Position numbers and translations under genes: made by a program
Assembly: GCA_018711305.1 (NCBI GenBank)
Contig: DVIL01000014.1
Location: 9,996-73,995 of the forward strand
From: Candidatus Coprenecus stercorigallinarum
GTDB lineage: Bacteria; Bacteroidota; Bacteroidia; Bacteroidales; UBA932
Direction: 5' to 3'
Length of the DNA: 64,000 nucleotides
Notes under the pieces: generated by a model
Seen by the model: only the letters and a program-made list of their open reading frames with translations
Database searches by the model: none
Told to the model about the DNA's origin: nothing
In this document: in pieces, positions 10,698-20,719 of the stretch
Position numbering within the stretch: the first letter of the stretch is position 1
How the letters are laid out: each line of letters begins with the position of its first letter

Positions 10698-11630
10698 ATG
10701 ACAGACGAAAGAATAAAGTTACTGATTATCGGCAGCGGTCCTGCCGGTTATACTGCGGCCATCTATGCGTGCCGCGCAAACATCAAGGCGGTGGTATATG
10801 AGGGAATCCAGCCTGGAGGACAGCTGACCCAGACCACTGAAGTGGAAAATTTCCCCGGTTATCCAAATGGTGTGCAGGGGCAGCAGATGATGGATGATTT
10901 CCGTGCCCAGGCCGAAAGGTTCGGGGCAGACATCCGCTTCGGCATAGTGACTAAGGCGGACTTCTCCGCCAGGCCTTTCAGGGCTCAGATAGACGATGAG
11001 AAATGGGTGGAGGCAGATGCAGTCATCATTGCCACCGGTGCTACGGCGCGTTATCTCGGACTTGAGTCTGAGGAAAAATTCAAGGGACAGGGTGTCTCTG
11101 CCTGCGCTACCTGCGACGGATTCTTCTATAGGGGCAAGGATGTGGCCGTGGTCGGCGGCGGCGACACCGCCTGCGAGGAAGCAACTTATCTGGCCTCGCT
11201 CTGCCGCAAGGTCTACATGATCGTGCGCCGCAATGTCTTCCGCGCCTCCAAGGCCATGCAGGACAGGGTGTTCAACACTCCCAATATCGAGGTTCTCTGG
11301 GAACATCAGACAAAGGAAATCCTCGGAAACGAGATGGGTGTTACCGGAGCGCTTCTGCGTCGTAACGACGGTGTAGAGAAGAAGATAGACATCGACGGTT
11401 TCTTCCTTGCCATAGGACACCATCCCAACTCAGACGTGTTCCGCGAGTGGGTGGACACAGATGCAGAGGGCTATATCATCACAGACGGCAAGAGCACCCG
11501 AACCTCCCGTCCCGGCATCTTTGCTGCAGGTGACGTGCAGGACCCGACTTACCGTCAGGCAGTCAATGCCGCCGCATCAGGATGCAGGGCTGCGATGGAT
11601 GCCGAAAAATATTTAGCAGAAACACGATAA
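10698..11630 (+). CDS. trxB: thioredoxin-disulfide reductase
   Basis: 310 aa. GSGPAGYTAAIYA FAD motif, CATCDG redox-active site and GGGDTACEEA NADPH motif. Confidence 0.96.
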   Translation: MTDERIKLLIIGSGPAGYTAAIYACRANIKAVVYEGIQPGGQLTQTTEVENFPGYPNGVQGQQMMDDFRAQAERFGADIRFGIVTKADFSARPFRAQIDDEKWVEADAVIIATGATARYLGLESEEKFKGQGVSACATCDGFFYRGKDVAVVGGGDTACEEATYLASLCRKVYMIVRRNVFRASKAMQDRVFNTPNIEVLWEHQTKEILGNEMGVTGALLRRNDGVEKKIDIDGFFLAIGHHPNSDVFREWVDTDAEGYIITDGKSTRTSRPGIFAAGDVQDPTYRQAVNAAASGCRAAMDAEKYLAETR

Positions 11631-11645
11631 AAAACAAAACTACCT

Positions 11646-12980
11646 ATGGATAACCGAACTTATACTGACATACTGGAGCTCCTGCACAGAGAGGTAAAGC
11701 CTGCCCTCGGCTGTACCGAGCCCATTGCCGTGGCCCTTGCGGTGGCAAAGGCCTGTTCTCTTCACAGACCGATGCGTCCCTCTCGGATAAGGGTACAGGT
11801 CAGTGCAAATATTCTGAAGAACGCCATGGGTGTCGGCATTCCCGGTACGGGCATGGTCGGACTCAATATTGCAGTTGCCCTGGCTATGGAATGCGGCAAT
11901 CCGGATTACGGCCTGGAGGTGCTGAAGGACCTGACTCCCGCCGACGTGGAAAAGGCCAAGGCTTACGCCTCAGAGGGCCGTGTCAAGATATCTCTGGCCA
12001 ATACTCCCAAGAAACTGTACATCGATGCCGAATGCCTTTACGGACCGGTTGAGAATCCCGAACATCGCTCCCGTACCGTCATACAGGATGACCATGACGC
12101 GATAGTCCTGGTATCCAAGGATACAGAGGTGCTGCTGGACAACATGTCATCGGCAGCGGATGGAGAGGATTCCGCATCAGGCCAGGAGGCTGTTTCGCAC
12201 AAGACCACTCTGGATTATCACCTGAATATGCGGAAAATCTTCGATTTTGCCACAAAGGAGGCCCGTTTGGAAGACATCGCCTTCCTGCTGGACGCCGCCA
12301 GGATGAACCGTGCCCTCGCCGAGGAGGGACTGGCCCGTCCGTACGGTCTGCAGGTGGGACGCACCATTCAGGACAATATCCACCGCAATGTGTTCGGCAA
12401 AGGGCTGCTGACCCACTGCATGGCCATGACAGCCGCGGCTTCGGACGCCCGTATGGCAGGATGCACCCTTCCCGCCATGAGCAACTCCGGCTCCGGCAAT
12501 CAGGGTATCACTGTAACGATGCCCGTAGTGGCTGCTGCAGAGCAGTTCGGTTCTTCCGAGGAACAGCTTATACGTGCCCTGACACTCAGTCACCTGACGG
12601 CTATCCATATCAAGGGGTATCTCGGAAAACTCTCGGCCCTGTGCGGCTGCGTGGTGGCTTCCACCGGATCGGCCTGCGGCATCGTCTGGCTCAGTGGCGG
12701 CAGTTTCGACCAGGTGTGCAGCGCAATCAAGAACATGATCGGCAATATAACAGGCATGGTCTGCGACGGAGCGAAGGTGGGCTGCGCCCTCAAGGTGGCC
12801 TCCGGTGTCTCCTCCGCAGTGCAGTCTGCCGTCCTTGCGCTGGACAACCACTGCGTGACCGGCAATGACGGCATCATCGAGGACGATGTGGAGAAATCCA
12901 TACGCAATCTCGGGACCATAGGGTCGAAGGGGATGCAGGTTACTGATGAGATGATTCTCAATATTATGGTCTGCAAATAA
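11646..12980 (+). CDS. UPF0597 / L-cysteine desulfidase family protein
   Basis: 444 aa. The LGCTEPIAVALAVAKA opening and serine-dehydratase-alpha-like core are typical of the YhaM/UPF0597 family. Confidence 0.75.
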   Translation: MDNRTYTDILELLHREVKPALGCTEPIAVALAVAKACSLHRPMRPSRIRVQVSANILKNAMGVGIPGTGMVGLNIAVALAMECGNPDYGLEVLKDLTPADVEKAKAYASEGRVKISLANTPKKLYIDAECLYGPVENPEHRSRTVIQDDHDAIVLVSKDTEVLLDNMSSAADGEDSASGQEAVSHKTTLDYHLNMRKIFDFATKEARLEDIAFLLDAARMNRALAEEGLARPYGLQVGRTIQDNIHRNVFGKGLLTHCMAMTAAASDARMAGCTLPAMSNSGSGNQGITVTMPVVAAAEQFGSSEEQLIRALTLSHLTAIHIKGYLGKLSALCGCVVASTGSACGIVWLSGGSFDQVCSAIKNMIGNITGMVCDGAKVGCALKVASGVSSAVQSAVLALDNHCVTGNDGIIEDDVEKSIRNLGTIGSKGMQVTDEMILNIMVCK

Positions 12981-13036
12981 ATGTCCATAAAATGGTGATT
13001 TCTGCGTAAATGATAGAAACTTTTAATTTTATATAA

Positions 13037-16000
13037 ATGAAACGGATTTTTAGAATTTTTCTGGGTGCGGCCATGCTGCTGTCAGCATCAACCCTGACGG
13101 CTGTGGCTCAGGAGCCTTCTGAGGCCCCCCTCTGGATGAGATACAGTGCTGTCTCTCCGGATGGCAGTACCATTGCGTTCGCCTACAAGGGCGATATATT
13201 CACGGTTCCGGTGACCGGAGGCGAAGCCCGTCAGATCACCTCCAACGCAGCCTTCGACTCCCGCCCCGTGTGGAGTCCGGACGGCAGCCTCATAGCCTTC
13301 GCATCCTATAGGATGGGTAGTGCCGATGTGTTCACCGTTTCCAGGGACGGCGGAGAGCCCAAGCGGCTTACCACACATTCCGCCAATGAGTTCCCTATTG
13401 TTTTCAAGGATGACTCCACAATTCTTTATTCTGCTTACATCCAGCCTTCGGCCGAAAGTATGCAGTTCCCTTCTTCTACATTTGCCCAGGTGTATGCAGT
13501 CAGCACAGAAGGCGGACGCCCGGTGATGTTCTCCTCACTTCCACTGGAGAATATCTCTTTCAGTCCTGACGGCAGGACCTTCCTTTACAATGACAAGAAG
13601 GGATACGAGGATGAGTGGCGCAAGCATCATACATCCTCCATTACCCGTGATATCTGGAGCTGCACGTTTGAAGGCAACAATGTCAACGGCGCAGAGTTCG
13701 CCAAGGTCACTTCTTTTAACGGTGAGGACCGCGATCCGGTCTATTCTCCCGACGGCAGATCTTTCTACTGGCTCAGCGAGCAGGACGGGACCTTCAACGT
13801 CTGGAAGCACTCTCTTGACGGTGGCGAAGACATGCAGATTACTCATTTCAAGGGTAATCCCGTGCGTTTCCTCTCCATCGCGCAGAACGGAACTCTGTGC
13901 TTCGGGTACGACGGTGAGATCTATACTGTCAGGGACGGCGCAGAACCGGTGAAGGTCAATATCGAAATCGTGGCAGACAAGCAGGACCGTGACCTTGTCA
14001 AACGTAATGTCAGCTATGCAGACGAGATTGCTGTCAGCAAGGACGGAAAGCAGGTAGCATTCATATACCGTGGCGATGTATATGTGACCATGACCGATTA
14101 TGCCACTACCAAGCGTATTACAAATACTGCAGAGCAGGAGCGCAACCTTGATTTCGCTCCCGACGGACGTTCGCTGATCTACTCTTCCGAGCGTGACGGC
14201 CTGTGGCAGGTATATATGGCATCCATCGTAAATGAGAATGAGAAGTACTTCCCCTATGCCACTGAGATCGGCGAGGAAAGGGTGACCAATTCAGACAAGG
14301 TATCCTTCCAGCCTCTGTACAGCCCGGACGGCAAGGAGATAGCCTTCCTGGAGAACCGTACTGCTATCCGTGTGATCAATCTTGCTACCAAGGAGGTGCG
14401 CACTGTGATGGACGGCAAGTACGAATACTCTTATTCGGACGGTGACCAGTGGTATCAGTGGTCTCCCGACGGCAAGTGGATCCTCTCGAACTGCATCTTC
14501 ATAGGCGGATGGAACAACAAGGATGTGGCTCTGATCAACGCCTCAGGCAATGGCGAGATGTACGACCTGACCAAGAGCGGCTACACTGACGGCAATGCCA
14601 AGTGGGTGCTTGACGGCAAGGCAATGATCTGGTTCAGCGACCGCGCCGGTTACCGCAGCCACGGCAGCTGGGGTGCGGAGATGGACGTGTACATCATGTT
14701 CTTCGATCTCGAGGCATACGAGAAGTTCATGATGGATGAGGAGGAGCTTGCACTGTATGAGGAGCAGCAGAAAGAGAAGAAGGAGGCAGAGGAAAAGGCA
14801 GAGGCCGAAAAGGACAAGAAGGCTTCCAGGAAGGGAAAGAAATCCGATGGGGAAGAGAAGGAAGATGCCGTCGAGCCTCTCAAACTGGATCTCGAGAATG
14901 CAGAGTACAGGGTCGTACGTCTGACAGTCAATTCCTCCAACCTCGGTGACGCAGTCCTGAGCAAGGAAGGAGACAAACTCTACTACATTACCTCGTTCGA
15001 GGGTGGAATGGATCTGTGGGTTCATGACCTGAAAGAGGACGAGACCAAGATTCTGTCCAAGGGCGTAGGCTACGGCTCGCTTATACTTTCCGATGACGGA
15101 AAGAATATCTTCATGTGTACCGGTTCCATCAAGAAGATAGACGTGGCCACAGGCCAGATTACTCCTGTCGAGATGGAGGGAATCTTCGAGTACAAGCCCT
15201 ATGCAGAGCGTGCCTACATGTTCGACCATGCCTGGAGACAGGTCAAGGAGAAATTCTATGATCCTGATATCCACGGTGTAGACTGGGAAGGCTACAAGGC
15301 CGAATACGAGAAATTCCTGCCTTATATCAACAATAATTTCGACTTCGCGGAGATGTTAGGCGAGATGCTCGGTGAGCTCAACGGCTCGCACACCGGAGCA
15401 CGTTACTATGCTTCGGGAGCAGCATATCCGACCGCTTATCTTGGAGTATTCTATGATGATACCTATACTGGAGACGGTTTGAAGATCAAGGAAATCATCA
15501 AGCGCAGCCCGCTTACCCTCGTGAAGTCCGATGTAAGGCCCGGCTGTATCATCGAGAAGATAGACGGTGAGGCCATTCTTGCCGGCCAGGATTACTTCCC
15601 CCTGCTTGAAGGCAAGGGCGGCAAGGACGTGCGTCTTTCCATCTACGATCCTCAAAGCGGTGAGCGCTATGACGTGACAGTCAAGGCTCTGCGCTCGGAG
15701 AACGGAATACTCTACCAGCGTTGGGTTGAACGCAATAGGGCAATTGTGGATTCCCTCTCCGGTGGAAGAATCGGCTATGTGCATATCGAAGGTATGGACA
15801 GCCCCAGCTTCCGCGTGCTGTACAGCGAATTGCTCGGCCGTCTTCGTCAGAAAGAAGCCGTAGTGGTGGATACCCGTCACAATGGCGGCGGCTGGCTGCA
15901 CGACGATGTGGTAACCCTGCTTTCAGGCAAGGAGTATCAGCAGTTCCGTCCGCGCGGACAGTATATCGGAAGCGATCCGTTCAACAAGTGGCTCAAACCT

Positions 16001-16312
16001 TCCTGCATGCTCGTGTGCGAGGACAACTACAGTAATGCGCACGGCACCCCTTGGGTGTACAAGCACCTTGGTATCGGCAAGCTCGTCGGTGCGCCTGTTC
16101 CCGGTACCATGACAGCAGTATGGTGGGAGAACCAGATAGATCCGTCCATCGTATTCGGTATTCCTCAGGTAGGCTGCTGGGATATAGAGAACGGGGAGTA
16201 TATGGAGAACGTAGAGCTTCAGCCCGATATCCTTATCTACAACGATCCTGCTGATGTGCTCAGCGGTTATGACGCCCAGCTCAAGGCAGCCACAGAATCC
16301 CTGATGAAATAA
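13037..16312 (+). CDS. tricorn-like S41 family peptidase with TolB/WD40-like beta-propellers and a PDZ domain
   Basis: 1091 aa with a signal peptide. Repeated SPDG propeller motifs. C-terminal S41 region VVVDTRHNGGGW...CEDNYSNAHGTPW. Confidence 0.85.
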   Translation: MKRIFRIFLGAAMLLSASTLTAVAQEPSEAPLWMRYSAVSPDGSTIAFAYKGDIFTVPVTGGEARQITSNAAFDSRPVWSPDGSLIAFASYRMGSADVFTVSRDGGEPKRLTTHSANEFPIVFKDDSTILYSAYIQPSAESMQFPSSTFAQVYAVSTEGGRPVMFSSLPLENISFSPDGRTFLYNDKKGYEDEWRKHHTSSITRDIWSCTFEGNNVNGAEFAKVTSFNGEDRDPVYSPDGRSFYWLSEQDGTFNVWKHSLDGGEDMQITHFKGNPVRFLSIAQNGTLCFGYDGEIYTVRDGAEPVKVNIEIVADKQDRDLVKRNVSYADEIAVSKDGKQVAFIYRGDVYVTMTDYATTKRITNTAEQERNLDFAPDGRSLIYSSERDGLWQVYMASIVNENEKYFPYATEIGEERVTNSDKVSFQPLYSPDGKEIAFLENRTAIRVINLATKEVRTVMDGKYEYSYSDGDQWYQWSPDGKWILSNCIFIGGWNNKDVALINASGNGEMYDLTKSGYTDGNAKWVLDGKAMIWFSDRAGYRSHGSWGAEMDVYIMFFDLEAYEKFMMDEEELALYEEQQKEKKEAEEKAEAEKDKKASRKGKKSDGEEKEDAVEPLKLDLENAEYRVVRLTVNSSNLGDAVLSKEGDKLYYITSFEGGMDLWVHDLKEDETKILSKGVGYGSLILSDDGKNIFMCTGSIKKIDVATGQITPVEMEGIFEYKPYAERAYMFDHAWRQVKEKFYDPDIHGVDWEGYKAEYEKFLPYINNNFDFAEMLGEMLGELNGSHTGARYYASGAAYPTAYLGVFYDDTYTGDGLKIKEIIKRSPLTLVKSDVRPGCIIEKIDGEAILAGQDYFPLLEGKGGKDVRLSIYDPQSGERYDVTVKALRSENGILYQRWVERNRAIVDSLSGGRIGYVHIEGMDSPSFRVLYSELLGRLRQKEAVVVDTRHNGGGWLHDDVVTLLSGKEYQQFRPRGQYIGSDPFNKWLKPSCMLVCEDNYSNAHGTPWVYKHLGIGKLVGAPVPGTMTAVWWENQIDPSIVFGIPQVGCWDIENGEYMENVELQPDILIYNDPADVLSGYDAQLKAATESLMK

Positions 16313-16343
16313 TCCTATGTAGGGAAATCCTATACGTATCGCG

Positions 16344-16382
16344 AATCCCGGTCACATCCAGAAAGTGGCCGGGATTTTTTTT
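16344..16382 (+). terminator. intrinsic terminator after the tricorn-like protease gene
   Basis: 12-bp stem AATCCCGGTCAC / GTGGCCGGGATT (one G-T pair) followed by T8. Confidence 0.75.
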
Positions 16383-16415
16383 GGAGCACTTGGCCATTGT
16401 CCTTTATCCAATCGG

Positions 16416-16434
16416 CACTCCTTCGGAAGGAGTG
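16416..16434. repeat. small hairpin repeat CACTCCTTCGGAAGGAGTG
   Basis: Perfect 8-bp stem with a 3-nt loop. Related copies at 60012-60036 and 60051-60075. Confidence 0.6.
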
Positions 16435-16536
16435 AGGGGCTCCTTGAATTTGAAGTTGCTGCAGCAGTAACCGGATCTTAACAGGAAATTAATATTTAAA
16501 CAGACTTGCTGTAATATTTATGAAATAGTGCCGGAA

Positions 16537-16544
16537 TACTTTTG
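16537..16544 (+). promoter_or_regulatory. candidate -7 box (TACTTTTG) for the TonB-dependent receptor operon
   Basis: Perfect TAnnTTTG, 19 nt upstream of ATG 16563. It overlaps the TTG start used by the ORF track, arguing for the later ATG. Confidence 0.45.
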
Positions 16545-16562
16545 CCGCCGAAAACAAAAGGT

Positions 16563-19250
16563 ATGAACGCGAAAGTATTTCTATTGACATTAGCACTTCT
16601 GTTACTACACTCTTCCGTCCTTATGGCTGAACCGGTGATCAGGGGAAAAGTCGTGGACGCTTCTACTGGAGAAGAAATAATAGGTGCGACAGTATTGCTT
16701 AAAGGTTCGACAGACCGCTGGACGGTAACAGGTCTGGACGGCAGTTTTTCCATAGATGCCGGGGTGTCTTCCGGTATACTGGTATGCAATCTTATCGGAT
16801 ACAAGGATATCGAAATCAGTTTTACGATACCTGTAGAAGAGTTGAGAATTTCTATGGAGCCGGATATAATAATGCTTGACGCTGCGGTGGTTACTGCGGT
16901 AGCCAACGGGCGGACGGAAGTTGCCGCGAGAAATATCGAGAGGAATTCGATAAATATGGTCAATGTGATGAGTGCAAAGGCGATGGAGATGTCCCCTGAC
17001 ATTACTGTGGCGAATGTCATCAAGAGGATGTCCGGAGTGACTGTAGAACGCAACAGCAGCGGTGAAGGCCAGTATGCCATACTGAGAGGCATGGACAAGC
17101 GTTACAACTACACCCTTGTCAATGGTATCAAGATCCCCAGTCCAGATAACAAGAACCGGTTTGTGCCGTTGGATATTTTCCCTTCAGAGATTCTGGACCG
17201 TATAGAAGTGACCAAATCCCTTACAGCAGATATGGAGGGGGACGGCATAGGCGGTGCCGTCAATCTTGTGATGAAGGACGCTCCGGAGAAAATGGAGATA
17301 TCCGCAAATCTGTCGACAGGCTACAGCGCCCTTTTTCTCGCACGGGACTTCCAGTCATTCAACCACAGGGCTATCAATCCCCTTTCTCCGAATGAAAGGC
17401 TCGGGCGTCCTGAGCTGCACGATGAAAACTATTCAGTGACGGCGGATGATTTCTCTATGGAGAACCTGCATGTGACTTCGCACAGGCCAAGGCCCGATAT
17501 CGTAGGCGGTTTCTCATATGGCGACCGCTTTTTCGGGGGTAGGCTCGGAGTCATCGCCGCATTCAGCTATCAGAATCTTTTCAGGGGCAAAAACAGTTCT
17601 CTCTACTATATCCCAGGGTCGAGCAGCGACGGTACCGAGAACAGGAACTATTCGTCGGAACAGAACCGTATGGGTGCCCACGCAAAGCTTGACTACCGTA
17701 TTTCCAACCGTCACAAGATTATGTTGTATGCCGGTTATATGGACCTCAGGGAAAGTGAGGTCAGGGACGGGGCCAATGACAGGGAGCGCATGGTCAGGAT
17801 GAAGTGGAATCACCAGTACATAGTCAACACCACACTCAAGGGCGAGCATTCATTCCTGAGTGCGGAAAGGCTGAAACTCGACTGGACAGGAGTATTCTCA
17901 AAAGCCTACAGTACTACTCCTGACAATACCCGCATATACATCAACGGAGACCACCTCTACAATACAGATTCGGCCGACCGCCGCTGGGAACACAACAGCG
18001 ACAGGGATGTGGCCGGATATGTAAACCTGTCGTACCGCTTTGACTTTTCGAACGGTTCCAGCCTGGACCTAAAGGCAGGAGGAATGTACAGGGACAAGGT
18101 GCGCAGCAGCCTTTTCAATGAGTATACCTTCGATTCCCCTACAGGGATATACGACCTCCAGATATACGGTGAGGATTGGACAAACTTCGATGAACTCGAG
18201 CTGGTTCCGCGTTCCTACGGCAATGTGGGCGACCCTCTCAATTATGACGCTTTCGAACGTATAGGTGCGGCATATCTGATGGGGACCTATGACTGGGACC
18301 GTCTGGAGGTGATAGCTGGTCTCAGACTCGAGCATACCGACCAGGGATATACTCTGCTGTTCCCCCGTAAAACCGATGCAGAGGGCCGTCAGGTCTATAC
18401 GGACCTGCTTCCGAGCGTGCATCTGAAATACAATGTCCACAGAAATGCATTTCTGCGTCTGGCCTACGGACGATCCATCAACCGTCCCGGTTTTTTTGAG
18501 ATAGTGCCCTACACTATTCTCAATGAGGATTACGATGAACAGGGTAATCCGGACCTGCAGCATACAACGGCCGACAATATCGACCTCAGGTACGAATTTT
18601 TCCCGAAATCCTCCGAGCAGTTTATGGTGGGACTGTTTTGGAAGAAACTCCATAACCCGATAGAGTACGGACTGATTTCCGAGGGCCAGGCCACATACCT
18701 GACACCGATGAACTTCGGGGATGCAGTCAATGCCGGTGTGGAGGTCGATATCATGAAATATCTCAACTGGTTCGGAGTCAAGGCGAACTATACCTATACC
18801 CATTCATCCATAAGTACGACAAAACGTGCGATGGAAGGAACAGAGGTGGTGGCCGTAACCCAGACCAGACCTCTTTACGGCCAGGCCGCCCATGTGGCCA
18901 ATCTCTCCCTGCTCTTCAAGTTCGCCAAGGCCGGGGTCGAGGCACAGGTGTCCGGAAGCTATACCGGCCGCAGGCTCAGCGAGATTTCCAACTGGGTGGA
19001 CAATGACATCTGGGAGGCCGGTTACGTCCAGCTGGACGCTTCGGTGGAAAAGAGTTTCAGGTGCGGCATCACCGTCTATGCCAAGGCCAACAACCTGCTG
19101 GATACTCCTGTGCTCCGCTATATCATCGACAATCCCCGCACGGAGAACCTTCATGACTACGAGCGTTATCACGGCGGTGTCATCGAACGCAGGGAGTGGC
19201 ACGGACAGTCCCTGATGATAGGCCTGAGGTACAATTTCAAGGAAAAATAG
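16563..19250 (+). CDS. TonB-dependent receptor with N-terminal carboxypeptidase-regulatory-like domain
   Basis: Signal peptide, IRGKVVDASTGEEIIGATVLLKG...TGLDGSFSI CarbopepD_reg pattern, plug region, and a C-terminal beta-barrel ending ...GLRYNF. Confidence 0.9.
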   Translation: MNAKVFLLTLALLLLHSSVLMAEPVIRGKVVDASTGEEIIGATVLLKGSTDRWTVTGLDGSFSIDAGVSSGILVCNLIGYKDIEISFTIPVEELRISMEPDIIMLDAAVVTAVANGRTEVAARNIERNSINMVNVMSAKAMEMSPDITVANVIKRMSGVTVERNSSGEGQYAILRGMDKRYNYTLVNGIKIPSPDNKNRFVPLDIFPSEILDRIEVTKSLTADMEGDGIGGAVNLVMKDAPEKMEISANLSTGYSALFLARDFQSFNHRAINPLSPNERLGRPELHDENYSVTADDFSMENLHVTSHRPRPDIVGGFSYGDRFFGGRLGVIAAFSYQNLFRGKNSSLYYIPGSSSDGTENRNYSSEQNRMGAHAKLDYRISNRHKIMLYAGYMDLRESEVRDGANDRERMVRMKWNHQYIVNTTLKGEHSFLSAERLKLDWTGVFSKAYSTTPDNTRIYINGDHLYNTDSADRRWEHNSDRDVAGYVNLSYRFDFSNGSSLDLKAGGMYRDKVRSSLFNEYTFDSPTGIYDLQIYGEDWTNFDELELVPRSYGNVGDPLNYDAFERIGAAYLMGTYDWDRLEVIAGLRLEHTDQGYTLLFPRKTDAEGRQVYTDLLPSVHLKYNVHRNAFLRLAYGRSINRPGFFEIVPYTILNEDYDEQGNPDLQHTTADNIDLRYEFFPKSSEQFMVGLFWKKLHNPIEYGLISEGQATYLTPMNFGDAVNAGVEVDIMKYLNWFGVKANYTYTHSSISTTKRAMEGTEVVAVTQTRPLYGQAAHVANLSLLFKFAKAGVEAQVSGSYTGRRLSEISNWVDNDIWEAGYVQLDASVEKSFRCGITVYAKANNLLDTPVLRYIIDNPRTENLHDYERYHGGVIERREWHGQSLMIGLRYNFKEK

Positions 19251-19283
19251 AATAAGAATAACCAATAATCAGTATTTACACAC

Positions 19284-20684
19284 ATGAAAACAAAAGCAAT
19301 TTTTGTCATTGCTGCGGCAATGGTATTTTCTCTCGCATCCTGCGAGAAAAATCCTGGTCAACAAGAAGAGACTGAGACGGAGCCTGTAGAGGCCGCCGGA
19401 GAAGTGTCCGGAGTATGGGAAGCCGGTTCAACGGTCTATGTTGACGGTCATATTGTAGTTCCCGAAGGTGAGAGCCTCACCATCGAGGAGGGTGTGACCG
19501 TCATCTTCAGTGATGCAGGAGTAGGTGTGAACCATACTGCCATCGAGTTTTCCGTAGACGGCAACCTGTATTGTCTCGGAACAGCCGAGAACCCTGTACG
19601 CCTGACCGTGGACGAGAGCCTCAGAACGGCCGATAATACATTTGCAGGTCTTTGGGGCGGTATCGTTGCCGGTGCCACCTGTGAGGAGATGCTTATCGAC
19701 CACACCATCATAGAGTACTGCGGCGGCCAGGTAATCGAGGGCTCGCCCGCAGCCGAGAACGGCTATTACACCGCCGGTGACGACGCCTATCCCCACATTA
19801 CCACCAACAACGTGAACGGCCGCTATGTCATCACCAATTCCATCCTGCGCAACGGCTGGTCCGATGCCATCTACATGATGGGCGGCAATGCCATCATCGC
19901 CGACAATATTTTCAGTGCCATCGGCTATGACGGAGCCGAGGCGGTCAATGTGAAGTCCGGCTGCACCGTGGACGTGACCCGCAATATCATGTTCAGCGCC
20001 AATACCAACGGTCTGAAGCTCTCCAGCTCCGACCAGAGCGAGGTTCGCCATCAGGCTCAGATATGCGCCTACAACAACACCATCATCGGCTCCGGATGGA
20101 GACGTGACGGCGAGAAGGGCGGCGGAATCTATGCTGAGGAGAATGTCAATGCAGGAGTGTTCAACAACCTGCTGGTGAACTGCAAGTTCCGCGCCACCAC
20201 ACCTGCATGGGAGGAGCCCGGCTCCGAGGACTGCTACGACGGAGTGCATTCCATGATAGACTACAACTACTACGCTTCCGGAACAGTGGAAAGCTCGATA
20301 GTGTTCAGCGGCGAGTATGAGGATGACGGCGAGATGCTGCTCTACTCCGGCGTGAAGTTCCCCTACGAGGGCTATGCCTTCAACCATGAGTGGTATGATA
20401 CGGAGAAGGTGGATGTACACAGCGTGATGGCTAAGACAGCTGAGGAAGCCGTCTCCTTCGATCCCAAGTTTGTCAATTTTGACCTCAATATGGATCCTGC
20501 AAGCTACACCTTCGATGACAGCTGGGACTTCCATCTCCAGGCCGGCTCTCCTGCCCTCGATGCTTCGAAGACCTATACCGCCGGTGGCCGCCAGCCCTAT
20601 TTCGGAACAACCGGACTCCAGATCAACGGACAGACCTACACCTCTCCCGCCATCGGCAACTGGTTCGGTGCATACGGTGAATAA
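19284..20684 (+). CDS. lipoprotein of unknown function, possibly parallel beta-helix fold
   Basis: Lipobox LASC at the N-terminus. Repetitive G/N/I-rich turns. Tightly follows the TonB receptor. Confidence 0.6.
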   Translation: MKTKAIFVIAAAMVFSLASCEKNPGQQEETETEPVEAAGEVSGVWEAGSTVYVDGHIVVPEGESLTIEEGVTVIFSDAGVGVNHTAIEFSVDGNLYCLGTAENPVRLTVDESLRTADNTFAGLWGGIVAGATCEEMLIDHTIIEYCGGQVIEGSPAAENGYYTAGDDAYPHITTNNVNGRYVITNSILRNGWSDAIYMMGGNAIIADNIFSAIGYDGAEAVNVKSGCTVDVTRNIMFSANTNGLKLSSSDQSEVRHQAQICAYNNTIIGSGWRRDGEKGGGIYAEENVNAGVFNNLLVNCKFRATTPAWEEPGSEDCYDGVHSMIDYNYYASGTVESSIVFSGEYEDDGEMLLYSGVKFPYEGYAFNHEWYDTEKVDVHSVMAKTAEEAVSFDPKFVNFDLNMDPASYTFDDSWDFHLQAGSPALDASKTYTAGGRQPYFGTTGLQINGQTYTSPAIGNWFGAYGE

Positions 20685-20719
20685 TAGACACAGGTTAAAC
20701 TTTACAACAAGACAGCTTT

